Below, in pieces: positions 28,696 through 39,849 of a DNA stretch of 64,000 nt. The notes under the pieces were generated by a model that did not search any database, was not told where the DNA came from, and saw nothing but the letters and a program-made list of their open reading frames with translations. The stretch spans positions 128,001-192,000 of the forward strand of contig CAVOMX010000011.1 of the NCBI GenBank assembly GCA_963697165.1, given 5' to 3'. Each line of letters opens with the position of its first letter. The first letter of the stretch is position 1. A program made the translations under genes and the position numbers. Source of the stretch: Candidatus Bathyarchaeota archaeon. Lineage in GTDB: Archaea; Thermoproteota; Bathyarchaeia; Bathyarchaeales; Bathyarchaeaceae.

Positions 28696-29574
28696 GTGAA
28701 AAAGCTCGCATTAGCCTTCATTCTGTTGCTGAATATATGTTCAATTTTGTTTCTTGCTTCTTTCCAGACCGAAGCACAAACCGAGTACTCCATAGAGGTT
28801 AGAAGCTACACATGGGACAAGACAAACATAAGCGTCAGCATACTTCCACAAGAGAACAAATCTTGGTGGAAACCATTCTACCTCAATGCAGTGCTTAACG
28901 GCATAACCCAATGGAACGACGCAATAAACGAGTTCGCATCCAACCACACAACTTTTTCGTATGTCTCACAGGTCCGTCTGGTTCCAACAATAAGTTATGA
29001 AAACGTTTCAGGCTTCGACGTCTACATCGGATGGATAGCAGAGTGCGGAAGCGAAGCAACAATAGGGCAATCTAAGATTACAGCGAAGTCACCATGCATC
29101 GCAACTGACGGAACAGTATGTCTTGCCGCAAAATCCCCAAGCGGTCATGTAATGACAGAAGTTGACATGCAAAACATTATTGTCCACGAATTGGGGCACA
29201 CCCTTGGGCTGTCGCATTGCAATTACTCTAGCGACGTCATGTACCCCACCGTCTATTACCGAGACACTGTTAAACCGCTTTCCTCGCTTAACCTCTATGC
29301 GGTCTCCCAAATTTTTGAATGGATACCAAATTCATCGCAGTCCAGTTCTTCAATCACGTGCTCTGAGGAGTCTGTGGTGACTATGCCATCAAGCATCAGT
29401 TACAATTACTTTCAGATAGCCGCAGAAAATCTTCCAGTTTCTCAGCCTCAGAACCTCACCGAATATGTTATCGGACTGTTTAAGCGCCCAGAAACATTAA
29501 CAGCCCTCTTAGTTGGTGTGACCCTGATTGCCGCTACGACGATATTCCTTAAACGAAAAAAGAAGCCACAATAA
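28696..29574 (+). CDS. Matrixin (M10-like) zinc metalloprotease, secreted, with C-terminal membrane anchor
   Basis: Signal peptide, HELGHTLGLSH, Met-turn VMYP, C-terminal TM followed by KRKKK. Confidence 0.88.
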   Translation: MKKLALAFILLLNICSILFLASFQTEAQTEYSIEVRSYTWDKTNISVSILPQENKSWWKPFYLNAVLNGITQWNDAINEFASNHTTFSYVSQVRLVPTISYENVSGFDVYIGWIAECGSEATIGQSKITAKSPCIATDGTVCLAAKSPSGHVMTEVDMQNIIVHELGHTLGLSHCNYSSDVMYPTVYYRDTVKPLSSLNLYAVSQIFEWIPNSSQSSSSITCSEESVVTMPSSISYNYFQIAAENLPVSQPQNLTEYVIGLFKRPETLTALLVGVTLIAATTIFLKRKKKPQ

Positions 29575-29580
29575 TTTGAG

Positions 29581-29938
29581 TTAACCTAGAATGTATCTCC
29601 AAAATATTGGAGCAACAAAGTTTGTTAAGAACACAAGACTCCACATTCTTCCTTTGATTATGTTATAGTGGGCGATTAGGCGGCTCCATGGATGTTCTAT
29701 GATGTAGTGACCGAAACCAAACTTGAAAAATAGAGTTATCGTCAACCAGAAGGTAACAATCTACAGCAAATCGATTTCTGTCACCATTGATTCTACTCCA
29801 TCAACGAACAGGTAAGGTTATTGCCAGAGTGTAAGCAACCGCAATAAATGAGCTGCTAACGTGCCCGCTGTATTCACCAAGTTTCGGCGCTAGAACAAGA
29901 AACACAAGCCACACTTCAGTAGCATACACAAGCATCAT
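29581..29938 (-). pseudogene. Decayed small membrane-protein gene
   Basis: Fragments MMLVYATEVWLVFLVLAPKLGEYSGH... and FWLTITLFFKFGFGHYIIEHPWSRLIAHYNIIKGRMWSLV...*, separated by stop codons. Confidence 0.55.
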
Positions 29939-30112
29939 AAAATCCAATTTTGGAGCCTTCCCTGATTCTCGTTAATAACACTTGAGTTTGACAACCAAAC
30001 ATAACAGTATACCTTACTATACACACAGTTTTTTTCAGTTCTGCAAGAAAAAGAGAAAATAGTATCTTAAGCTTTTTATCACAACATAATGAACCTAATC
30101 TAAGGGTCAAGT

Positions 30113-30811
30113 TTGCTCACGTTCATATTGTCTGAGGCTGCACTCGAAATGGTTCCAGAAGAGTTATGGAGCCACCCCGCTGTCAGGCGACACTCGAAAA
30201 GACAACACAAGCCTCCGCAGCAAATTCTTCTGGACAGATCGCTTCATCACTTAGCCATGATGCGCCTAGACAACAACGAGAAGAGAGGACGCCCAGACAT
30301 AACCCATTTTGCCCTGCTTGAAGCCCTAGGTTCACCCCTCAACAAAGAAGGACTACTCCAAGTATACGTTCACACCAACAAGGACTATGTCATCAAAATT
30401 AATCCTGCGGCTAGGCTGCCCAGAAACTACAGCCGCTTCATCGGACTCATAGAACAGCTATTCCAGCAAGGAAAGGTCCCAATTGAAGAAGAAACCCTTC
30501 TCACGTTGGAGCAAAAAACTTTGAAGCAGCTCCTCGCCGAAACAAAACCCGACTACGTTATGGCATTCAGCAGAGAAGGCAAACCGAAAACAATTCAAGA
30601 CGCAGTTTCCACCCTACAAGTAAAGCAGAGCCCGGCAGTGATTGTCGGCGGGTTTGCCCATGGTCACTTGTCAGAAACTACGGTTCAGTTGGCGGACGAG
30701 GTTGTCTGTATGGATTCGGAGATGCTTGAAGCGTGGACTATAACTTCGAGGCTAATCTACGAGTATGAACGGTCTTTGTCGTTGCCTACGAAGAGGCTTA
30801 ACAAGCGTTGA
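30113..30811 (+). CDS. nep1: 16S rRNA pseudouridine N1-methyltransferase Nep1/Emg1
   Basis: LDRSLH, KRGRPDITH..LL, SPLN, RLPRNY.RF.GL, VGGFAHG. Confidence 0.95.
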   Translation: MLTFILSEAALEMVPEELWSHPAVRRHSKRQHKPPQQILLDRSLHHLAMMRLDNNEKRGRPDITHFALLEALGSPLNKEGLLQVYVHTNKDYVIKINPAARLPRNYSRFIGLIEQLFQQGKVPIEEETLLTLEQKTLKQLLAETKPDYVMAFSREGKPKTIQDAVSTLQVKQSPAVIVGGFAHGHLSETTVQLADEVVCMDSEMLEAWTITSRLIYEYERSLSLPTKRLNKR

Positions 30812-31049
30812 CTATAGTTTTGTTAGCAATTGTTTTCTGAAAATCAGTCTGTTCACAATAATAAGCATGATTTTGGTTGTGAAGTTCACACTTCTGAGTT
30901 TAATCATGTTCGAACCTCATCGTAGCGCTGCAGTTGTCAAATAAGTGAATGTCTCTAAACAGCGCCTCAATTAATTTCCTTGTAGCTCACTCTACTTAAG
31001 AGTTATTTACCATCCTGCAAGAAGGCTAAAGCAAATTCTCACAACAAAG

Positions 31050-31943
31050 TTATATAGTTACTAACCAAGTTCCTGCAAACATTAAGACTATTGCAAAAAT
31101 TTTTAATGTAACCACATTTCTGCTTATCTCTTCTTTGAGAAGGGTAGGCACAAACAAACTCAGTAAAAGCATGTAAACGAAAACAAAAAAGTGTTGCAAG
31201 CCCGACAATGCAGAAACTAAAGATACGTAACCCAAAGATGTGGCTATCAACGAAAATATTGTGCCCAGAACGTATGTTCCTTCTCCTAAAAGAGCAACAC
31301 AAAATGTTCGTTTTCCAAGAAGCGGAACCGTTTCAACAAATTCTTTGCGTGGCTTACTAAAACATAGCATAAACAGGACGCCAAAACAGGAGCCAATCAT
31401 CATCCAAAAGAACACTGACCAGTAGTCCAAGTAGCCAAGGAGATACTTGTTCAAAACAGTGTATACAGCAAGAATTATGCTAAAAGGAATCATCAACTTA
31501 AACGCAGAAGACAAAGACTTTCCACTCTCAGACTTCCTATATGAAATCAGTATCGAAGTCAGCACTATCAAAGCAACCCCCAAATATTTAGGGACACCAA
31601 GAATTTCATCCAGAAACATGACTGACAAGAAAACAACGAATAGGGGTATAAACTGGAACAGCGGAGTAATCCGGGATATCTCCTCAACCATAAGGGCTTT
31701 AGTGTAAAACCAAAAGGCAAACAACGGCAATACACCAATAGCCATAGCAAAAAGAACATACGGGAACTCGAAACTAACAGAACTAGTCGCACAAACGATG
31801 CTGGCAAAAATCAAATCTACAAAATTCAGGTAAACTGCGATAGAAAAATAGCTATGAAACTTTTTGGTCATCAGAAACTTGTTAACAACATTATTCAATC
31901 CCCAGAATGCGGGAGACAACAAAGCAAACACTAGCCAATCCAT
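31050..31943 (-). CDS. EamA/DMT family transporter
   Basis: About 10 TM helices in two repeats; FY.KAL...EIS...PL, FL.E. Confidence 0.88.
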   Translation of the reverse strand: MDWLVFALLSPAFWGLNNVVNKFLMTKKFHSYFSIAVYLNFVDLIFASIVCATSSVSFEFPYVLFAMAIGVLPLFAFWFYTKALMVEEISRITPLFQFIPLFVVFLSVMFLDEILGVPKYLGVALIVLTSILISYRKSESGKSLSSAFKLMIPFSIILAVYTVLNKYLLGYLDYWSVFFWMMIGSCFGVLFMLCFSKPRKEFVETVPLLGKRTFCVALLGEGTYVLGTIFSLIATSLGYVSLVSALSGLQHFFVFVYMLLLSLFVPTLLKEEISRNVVTLKIFAIVLMFAGTWLVTI

Positions 31944-32166
31944 TGTTACACCAAACAAAAACAGTTAACCTACAAAGTTGCAAATAACCTTTCAGAAACC
32001 AATAACGCCTTCAAAGATTAGGAAACAAATTAAGGTGAAAACAAATATTTATAAAAATTGCTAAGGTTTAAAAATTAACTTCCAAACCCAAAAGTTGGTG
32101 ACGATTAATTAAATACCTGTTTAAGCATAATATTTGCGAGTGATTTAGTGTAGGTGTGATTTTGAC

Positions 32167-32376
32167 TTGACGAAATGGGAGTATATTGTGCTTGCTTTAA
32201 AGACCAAAATTCATATTAGTCGATTTGAGAGAGAAAAAAATCCCAGTATACAAAATGTTCAAAAAGAATTGAACGATTTGGGGGAAGAAGGCTGGGAAAT
32301 GGTGGGTGTTCAAAATATTCGCCTAGAGACCGGCATGTTGTTTACCGTTGCATACCTTAAGCGAGAAAAAATATAA
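32167..32376 (+). CDS. DUF4177-like small protein
   Basis: KWEY...LN.LG.EGWE.V...YLKR. Confidence 0.85.
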   Translation: MTKWEYIVLALKTKIHISRFEREKNPSIQNVQKELNDLGEEGWEMVGVQNIRLETGMLFTVAYLKREKI

Positions 32377-32676
32377 TTCACAATATTTGCCGTCATCAGC
32401 ATAATTTTATAGACAGTATCGATGGTCTTTGGTTTTTTATTTTACCAAGAAAACTTGCAGCAAAATAGTCTAACCAGCATTGTTGCTCTAAATTGCGTCA
32501 AGATTCCACATATGGTTCCCTGTCCAAAAGAGGGATATTATGCATCTGGAAAAACACCAGATTTAGAGACTATTAATTGTTGACTTCAATAGTTTTCGGC
32601 ATCACAACCAAGCAAGGTTCCAAAAAAAATTCAGGAATGCCCGCCTCACAAGCAGGCAACTAATTGTTCACAAACT

Positions 32677-33567
32677 CTACTGGATTAGAGTCCCCTCTTT
32701 CGGGTCCTTTGTTGCCTTTTCGAACTCCTGCATAATCCGTTTCGTCACTGGACCAGGCTTACCTGAACCGATCACACGCTTGTTTACTTCTCGTATTGGC
32801 GCAACTTCTGCAGCAGTTCCAGTGAAAAAGACCTCATCAGCAGTGAACAATTCGTTGGGAGTGATGTTTCTCTCTGTAACTTCGATTCCCAGCTTCTTTG
32901 CCAACCGGATAATCAGTGCCCTAGTTATTCCATCTAACGCACCTGAAGATAATGGAGGCGTGTAGAGTTTGCAGTCATGCACTATGAAGATGTTTTCGCC
33001 GACGCCCTCGCAAACGTAACCTGTTTTGTCTAGGCAGATGGCTTCGTCCGCGCCGATGTTGTTTGCTTCGATTTTACCTAATATACTGTTTAGGTAGTTT
33101 AGGGACTTCATTTCGTGAGTTGCACTATCCACTGGGTTGCGTTTCACCCAAGTTATGATAGTGTGTATTCCATTTTCGACCTTCTCAGCGGAGTGCAATT
33201 GAAGTAGCGGCTCAGTGATTATGATTATTGTGGCTTTGGGGCATTTTCTGGGGTCAAGTCCCAAGTCTCCGACACCTCTTGTTACTACTAGGCGGATGTA
33301 AGCGTTTGTTAGATTGTTCTTTTTTAGGGCCTCAAGCACGGCTTCTGTAAGCTGCTCTTTGGTTAGGGGTATCTTCAGAAATATTGGATGAGCAGACGTG
33401 TAGAGCCTGTCTATGTGCTCTTTTAGGTGAAATACTATGCCGTTGTAGGCTCGTATTCCTTCAAAGACTCCGTCTCCGTAAAGGAGTCCATGGTCATACA
33501 CAGAGATTTTAGCCTCAGATTTAGGATAAAACTTGCCATCGATGTAAACTAGAAGTTCTTTTGTCAT
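32677..33567 (-). CDS. ilvE: Branched-chain amino acid aminotransferase
   Basis: DHGLLYGDGVFEGIR, KSLNYLN, EG.GENIF, L.GITR, TGTAAE. Confidence 0.95.
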   Translation of the reverse strand: MTKELLVYIDGKFYPKSEAKISVYDHGLLYGDGVFEGIRAYNGIVFHLKEHIDRLYTSAHPIFLKIPLTKEQLTEAVLEALKKNNLTNAYIRLVVTRGVGDLGLDPRKCPKATIIIITEPLLQLHSAEKVENGIHTIITWVKRNPVDSATHEMKSLNYLNSILGKIEANNIGADEAICLDKTGYVCEGVGENIFIVHDCKLYTPPLSSGALDGITRALIIRLAKKLGIEVTERNITPNELFTADEVFFTGTAAEVAPIREVNKRVIGSGKPGPVTKRIMQEFEKATKDPKEGTLIQ

Positions 33568-33735
33568 ACCAAACTCTCCTTCGAAAGGAAAACTTCATCC
33601 ATAAACTATCTACTGCATATTTAAATTTTGACTTTTACGGTATCCCTAACACTTTATTACAATTTACCCATCGTCATGTAAGGGGTAACTGGAATATTCT
33701 ACGAACCAGTCGCCCATTGATTACAAAAACATGTG

Positions 33736-35608
33736 TTAGAATGCAAATTGTGGTCGTTTTGGAAAGCAATTTTGGCAAAGTTAGTGGCTTGAAGGGTTTA
33801 TCTGCTGTTTTTTCGGCTATTTCGGCTATTAGTTCTTGGAGTTTCATGTTTCTCATCTGTTTTCCAGCGTTCCTGTCTCTGACGGGCAAAACGTCTCGAG
33901 TTTACTTCGTTCTCGCCAATAACCAAAACGTAGTTTACCCACTCTTTCTCGGCTGCTCTAACCTTCTTTCCTAAGCTCAGGGAGCGATCATCTACGTCAA
34001 CACGTATATTGTTGCTTTCGATCTGTTTCACCAGTTTTTCAGCGTCACCCAAGAACTTCTCAGACACAGGAACAATTCTCACCTGAGTAGGGGCCAACCA
34101 CAGGGGAAGTATCGGAACTTTACCTTTCAATGATTCTCTGTGAGCCTTCTCTAGCAGGGCATACACGTCTCGTTCGATGGCGCCGCTTGGAGAACAATGA
34201 AGAACCAGAGGATACTGTTTTTCGCCGTTTTCGTCAACGTATGTCATGTCGTAGTGTTTGGCGTTCTCTATGTCAATCTGGTCGGTAGAGAGTGCAGAAG
34301 CTTTGTTTAGGTTATCAACAAAATTGAATTCCCACTTCAAAACAAAATAGAAGAACCGTTCCTCCCACATCTCCACCAGAACAGGCTTGTTAAACAACTT
34401 CACCATCGAGAGAACAAAATCTTTGTTCTCCGAGTAGAAGTCCTTCGTTAAACGTATAGCCAACTCGTAATCGTTATCTTTGCTTAGCTCTAAACCGTTC
34501 TCCAAAATTCCCATAGAAAGCTTGAACCTGACCAAAAACTCTTCTTTAGCCTGATCCAAATCTGCAACCAGAGCGTGACAGTCAGGCATTGTGAAGCATC
34601 TGAGTCTTCGTAATCCAGTTAATTCGCCGCTCTTCTCCCTTCTAAAAGAGTACTTAGTCAACTCGTAGATACGCAAAGGAAGCTGCCGATAAGAAAACTG
34701 TGCATCATGAACCATCAAAAACTGACCAAAACAGGCACTGAACCTCAAAAAGAAGTCCCGTTTATCAGAACACAGTATATACTGTCGGGCAGGAAACCGT
34801 TGCAGATAATGTGCTATGGCTGGATGTTGAATGTCATACATGATTGGAGTTTCAACTTCCATTCCGCCATAATCTATCACCTTTTCTGTCACGTATTGCT
34901 CAATCAACGATTTAATCAAACGTCCCTTAGGATACCATCGGAGGTTGCCGGGGTCGCTTCCAGGCTCATAATCGGCAATCTCTAAACGTTTCATCAGTGG
35001 GACATGAGGCGGAACCTGCTGGACAGCCCTAACCTTCTTGATTTCGTAATTGGCTAGCTTCTCCAAGTTTTTGTGGTCTTTAAAATGGAATTTGTCTACT
35101 GGAATCAGTTCTCCGTCGAGGCTGCAGAATATACCAGAAAGACCTGAGTTTCTCCTCTGCCTTCAAAGCTTCGCATACATCCTCTTTCTCAGCCGAATCA
35201 GAAGTAACGATTCTGAGGTGCTCAGCTAGAGGATGCCCCTTAATGGAGATGGAGAATTTTTTGCACCAACCAAAAGGAGTACAATAGGTTTCTAGTCCCA
35301 GCTCATTTGGCAATACTCTTCATTTCGTTTAGAACGTTCAGGGCATCAGATGGCTTCGCCAAGTTGTTGCTTAGATGAGCGTAAGGGTAAATCAGAACCC
35401 TGTTAACTTTCAGTTGGTCTAAGGAGGCTTTGGTGTTTTCCATCGCTTTTCTTGCAACGTTTGCGTCGTCTCCCTCTTCGACTGCAATGAATAGTACGGC
35501 GAGTTCTTCGAGGCGATCCTTCTTTTTTTCTGGTTCCTCAGCTAATGCTATCTCCTTTTCGATAACCTCGTATTCTATGAAGTTTGAATGTAACTGGAGA
35601 ATTCTCAA
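33736..35608 (-). CDS. thrS: Threonyl-tRNA synthetase, archaeal type with N-terminal editing domain; several frameshifts
   Basis: MRILQLH, YPYAHLS, PFGW.K.F....[45 protein letters not shown], spread over 4-5 frame segments. Confidence 0.93.
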
Positions 35609-35687
35609 TCTGTCCAGCCAGCTTTAGAGTTAATTATTGCAGAAATCAGTGAATAGGCAGAACAGGAATTGAGGTTTAGTTTTTGCA

Positions 35688-35894
35688 TCAGCCTTTGTGC
35701 CTCCATTGCTCAAGCAACTTGTCCTTTTTGCTGCCCTTCTTGTATTCTTTGTAGTGGTCTCTACATAGGTAGGAGCGTCTAGCCCCATCAACTTTCAATC
35801 CCGCTGCGCTCACCTTATCTCTGGGGAGAGAACGAATTGAATCTTTATCGCAGCCTGCTACGCTGCATTTTACGCCCTTTGCTACCCGACCCAA
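35688..35894 (-). CDS. Small putative zinc-finger protein (C-x4-C ... C-x2-H)
   Basis: MGRVAKGVKCSVAGCD...YLCRDHYKEYKK; directly upstream of thrS. Confidence 0.75.
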   Translation of the reverse strand: MGRVAKGVKCSVAGCDKDSIRSLPRDKVSAAGLKVDGARRSYLCRDHYKEYKKGSKKDKLLEQWRHKG

Positions 35895-36255
35895 AGCAAA
35901 CCACCAATCCTTCACGTTAACAGTCAATTAAGTGTAGAAACCATACTAAAATGTCTTACCAAAAAGTCCAATACTTAAAGCAGTTTTTGCCATAACCGTG
36001 AACCATAATAGGCAAGCAATTTTTAGTACAAGTGTTCAAAACTCTAGTAATTACCTGAAATCGGCATGTGTTAGCGTACGAAGCCTTTAGATGTTTTATG
36101 TTTCTTACATTGTTGCACAAAAAAATCTTACATCTAAAAAAAGCGGTGGGTTCAGTTAAGTGTGTCTGGATAAGGAGGTAACCTAAAGTCTGCGGTGCAC
36201 GTGTGCAACAACAAACTAAATTGTGGGAGTACTCATCTAACTGGTGTAGCTCAGT

Positions 36256-36342
36256 CTATTTCGGGCGGTTTTCTTTTCGCTTTTTTTTCTTTTCCTCTCG
36301 TTCTTTCTTGGTCAGTGGCTTCTTCTTAGAGCTTTTTCCCAT
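36256..36342 (-). CDS. Putative 28-aa highly basic small protein
   Basis: MGKSSKKKPLTKKEREEKKKKRKENRPK. GGTGA SD at 36355-36359; alternative TTG start at 36348. Confidence 0.5.
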   Translation of the reverse strand: MGKSSKKKPLTKKEREEKKKKRKENRPK

Positions 36343-36799
36343 ACCCAATTCAATCACCATATATTGAAGTGTTCGGAGTGGAAAATAAAATTTTGGATCG
36401 TGTTCACGCATTCTATCGTTTGAATGTTTAATAAATTAATAACTGACAAATAGTAACCATTGGAAGCAAGTTGAGGAAGTAGTTTTATGGGCTGTTGAGA
36501 GAGTTTGTAGAAACTGTCTTCACTTAAAGAGTCAGAGAGGTAAAACCATATTGCTCTATTGTTAAGCAGATGACCTCCGAGAACAATATTTGCAGAAAGT
36601 TTAAGTCCAAACAGGATTAGAGCATAGTTGAGGCGCGTAATTATCCCAAAATCCATCAATACATCATGACAAAGCACGCGCGTGCAAGACGTTTGTCATA
36701 GAGATAGGGTCTCGTCTTGATCCTTTGTTCTGACTTAACAAGAGGCTTTAAAAGTGCAACCATTCATCACTAACAGCACAAGCAACGGAGAATCTAAAA

Positions 36800-37096
36800 A
36801 TGAGCAATAAATCTAACGACTCGAAAATAATATTTGTAGGAAGAAAACTACCCATGGATTATGTGTTAGCTATCGTAACTGCTTTCAGCGGATCCGACGT
36901 AAAAGAGGCTACCGTGAAGGCAAGAGGACGATCAATAACAACAGCTGTCGACGCCGTCGAAATAGCTCGACGTAAATTCGTCAAAGAAATGATAGTAGAC
37001 AAAGTAGTCATCGGAACCGAAGAGATGCCGCCAAGGGAAGGAGAAAGCAACTCGAGAAATATTTCAACAATCGAAATCACCTTAAAACGAAGTTAG
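36800..37096 (+). CDS. albA: DNA/RNA-binding protein Alba
   Basis: IFVG.K..MDYVLA, KARGRSI..AVD.VE, ISTIEI.L. Confidence 0.95.
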   Translation: MSNKSNDSKIIFVGRKLPMDYVLAIVTAFSGSDVKEATVKARGRSITTAVDAVEIARRKFVKEMIVDKVVIGTEEMPPREGESNSRNISTIEITLKRS

Positions 37097-37298
37097 CCCA
37101 CAACATCATCAGCAAAGTTTCTACAACATGATGATCCTTCGCCCTCTTTCTAAAGGGTAGAATCTGAGGCTAATCTACGATTTTAATATTCAAGATGTCG
37201 CGCGCGCCACTAATGTGTGCAAAAAAACGTAAGGTATATGAACCGAGTCTGGTGATACTTAATAACCCCCGTTTAATTTACAATAATGAGGAAAAAAC

Positions 37299-37592
37299 AT
37301 GCCAGTCAAACGAAAATCCAGAGGCAGAGCAAAAGGAAGCAAAGGAAAAGGCTCATTGGTTCAGTGCCAAGGTTGCGGTCAGCAAGTGCCCCGCGACAAA
37401 GCCAAACGAGTATCACGAAGAATCTCACTAGTCGACTCGCTCCTCTACAAGGAACTCCGCCAACAAGGCACATATATTTCCAGCAGCACCGAAACAAAAC
37501 ACTACTGTGTTTCATGTGCAATACATCGTGGCGTAGTAAAGGTACGCTCTAAAAACGATCGAAGACAAGGTCCTCCTCCAAGAAGAAGGTAA
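37299..37592 (+). CDS. rps26e: 30S ribosomal protein S26e
   Basis: MP.KRKSRGR.KG, VQC..CG..VPRDKAK, YCVSCAIHRG.V.VR. Confidence 0.96.
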   Translation: MPVKRKSRGRAKGSKGKGSLVQCQGCGQQVPRDKAKRVSRRISLVDSLLYKELRQQGTYISSSTETKHYCVSCAIHRGVVKVRSKNDRRQGPPPRRR

Positions 37593-37631
37593 ACTTTAAA
37601 CAAAAACAATCTTTTCCTTTTCTGGTCATCG

Positions 37632-38217
37632 CTACGCCTTTTGGAAATAGATTGCCCGCTGAACTACCGTCAAGTTTGTTAGGATAGCAAGAAATAGGAT
37701 GCTCCAGTTTAAAGCATCAATCCAGAAGTAACTAAGAAAACTTGCGAACACCACTAACACTATCCGTTCTGCCCGTTCAGCTATACCCACTGATTCCATT
37801 TTTACTCCCGCCGCTTCTGCTCTTGCCCGAACGTAACTGACAAGCAGGGAACCCATGAGCGCGGCTAGTCCCCATGTAAGATTGGTTAATCCGCCAAGTA
37901 TGATTCCGCAGAGAACAATAGCGTCAGCATACCTGTCAAGAAGAGAATCAAAGAATCCGCCAAATTTTGTGGCTTCTCCGTAAATTCTAGCTATAACTCC
38001 ATCTAAAGCATCAAATAATCCAGAGATGAGCAACAAAACAGGCGCTAACATCAGGAGAAGAGTGATTAAAATGCCATTGTGAATAAGCGACAGCAGCGAG
38101 TGCAGCAAAAATTATTCCCAAGATGCTTACATGATTTGGAGTTAAACCTAAGTTATGAAACAGCGTAGCTGTAGATGTCAACCATGTTTGGACTCGTTGT
38201 TTAAGTTTCGTCAGCAA
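37632..38217 (-). CDS. pgsA: CDP-alcohol phosphatidyltransferase (archaetidylinositol-phosphate synthase-like); frameshift near 38070
   Basis: GLTPN.VS in one frame; D.LDG..AR, G.F.DS.LDRY.D, SY.RARAE, ERAER in the next. Confidence 0.88.
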
Positions 38218-38330
38218 TGTTTAGTCTCCCATGACTTAGGTTCTACACATTAACAGATACTGGAATAACATTAACGACTCTTGTTTTCTTAGCAATTGTG
38301 GTTACAACAGATTAAACAGCTTTGTTAAGG

Positions 38331-39772
38331 CTAGTAAGCCAAAGCAACTCTTACAAGATTTATTGCTTGTTCTCCGCAGACAACACATTTCCCATCTACT
38401 TTTTCTGTGGTGTCTTCGGGAAATCCTAGCAGCCGTGCCTCAACAGTTTCCTCTAGGCGGTGACCGCACTCGTCTTTGCCGCACCATTGAACCTCAACGA
38501 TACCCGCCTTACGTTTCAGCAAACTTTTTGCCTCAGATAAACGGTTAACCCTGTAAACTCGTTCTCTCATCCAAGATTCAGCGTTTGCCTTCAGGTCATG
38601 GGTAATCTCTTCCGCTAACGCTTGCACAGCCGCTGTTGCATCTTCCATTTTGCATGCTTGCTTTTGTAGAGTGTCCCGCCTAACAATAGTTACCACCCCA
38701 TTTGATAAGTCTCGGGGACCAATATCGACACGGATAGGCACACCCCGAAGCTCCCAATAATAGAACTTGTTTCCGGGAGTCAACTCGCTCCGCAAATCCA
38801 ACTCAACCCGATACCCCGCGTTCTTCAAGGTAGCGGCAACATCCGCGCAGGCTTGGTTCACCTCTTGTTCTTTTCCCTTGTATGGAACTGGAACAACAGC
38901 TACCTGTATGGGCGCTATTTCTGGAGGCAAAACAATACCGTTGTCGTCTCCGTGGGCAATCAGAACAGCTGCAATTCCTCTTCCAGAAATCCCGTAACTG
39001 GTCGTCCAGATGTGTTCTTGACCGCCATCCTTAGTCTCGTAAGTTATGTCAAAAGCTTTGGCGAAGTTTTGTCCAAGATTATGCACAGTTCCTATCTGAA
39101 GAGCTCTGCCGTCTGGACACAACAAATCAAAAGCTATCGTGTAAAGTGCTCCAGCAAACTTGTCCCATTCTGGTCTTCGGGAAACAACGTAGGGAACGCC
39201 AACCGAATCAAAGAACTGCTTGTAGAGTCCAACAGCCTCTTGTACCTGCTGTTTCGGCTTCTTCACCGGATGCGTGGCAGGTGTGGGCTTCCTTGAAAGT
39301 GGAAACTTCACGCATTCTTATGATTGGACGGGTCGCCTTGGTTTCGTGACGAAAAACGTTTACAACCTGATACATTTTCATGGGCAAGTCTGCATGGGAA
39401 CGAATCCAAAGCTTTAGCATAGGAGCTATAACAGTCTCGCTTGTGGGACGCAGAGCATACCTAACTTTTAGGGGCTCGTAGCCGCCATGGGTTACCCAGA
39501 AACATTCACCCTCGAAGCTCTTAACGTGGGCAGCCTCTTGTGCTAAAGAAGTTTCTGGAATCAATAGTGGAAACAGGGTCTCATCATGTCCGGTGTTATC
39601 CAATAAATCACGTATTATCTGGAGAACATTTCTTCGTATCTTAAAGCCGTAGGGCATCCAAACTCCAGAGCCCTTGATGGGATATCGGTAATCCATTATT
39701 CCCGCAGTTTATTAGCACATCGCGGAACCATTCACCGAAGTCTTCGCTCCATTTCTGTCTCTTAACAGGCAA
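38331..39772 (-). CDS. proS: Prolyl-tRNA synthetase, archaeal/eukaryal type; two frameshifts
   Basis: [50 protein letters not shown]-terminal Zn domain ending in Y. Confidence 0.93.
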
Positions 39773-39849
39773 ACTTGTGCACCTTCAAACGTATTGCTGT
39801 ATGGATGACTCTCTAATTAAAAACTGTAGGATATTAGTTTATCACTCGT

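Noticed and set aside
36354..36677. 107-aa minus-strand ORF upstream of alba
   Set aside because: No motif or clear SD; AT-rich intergenic composition.
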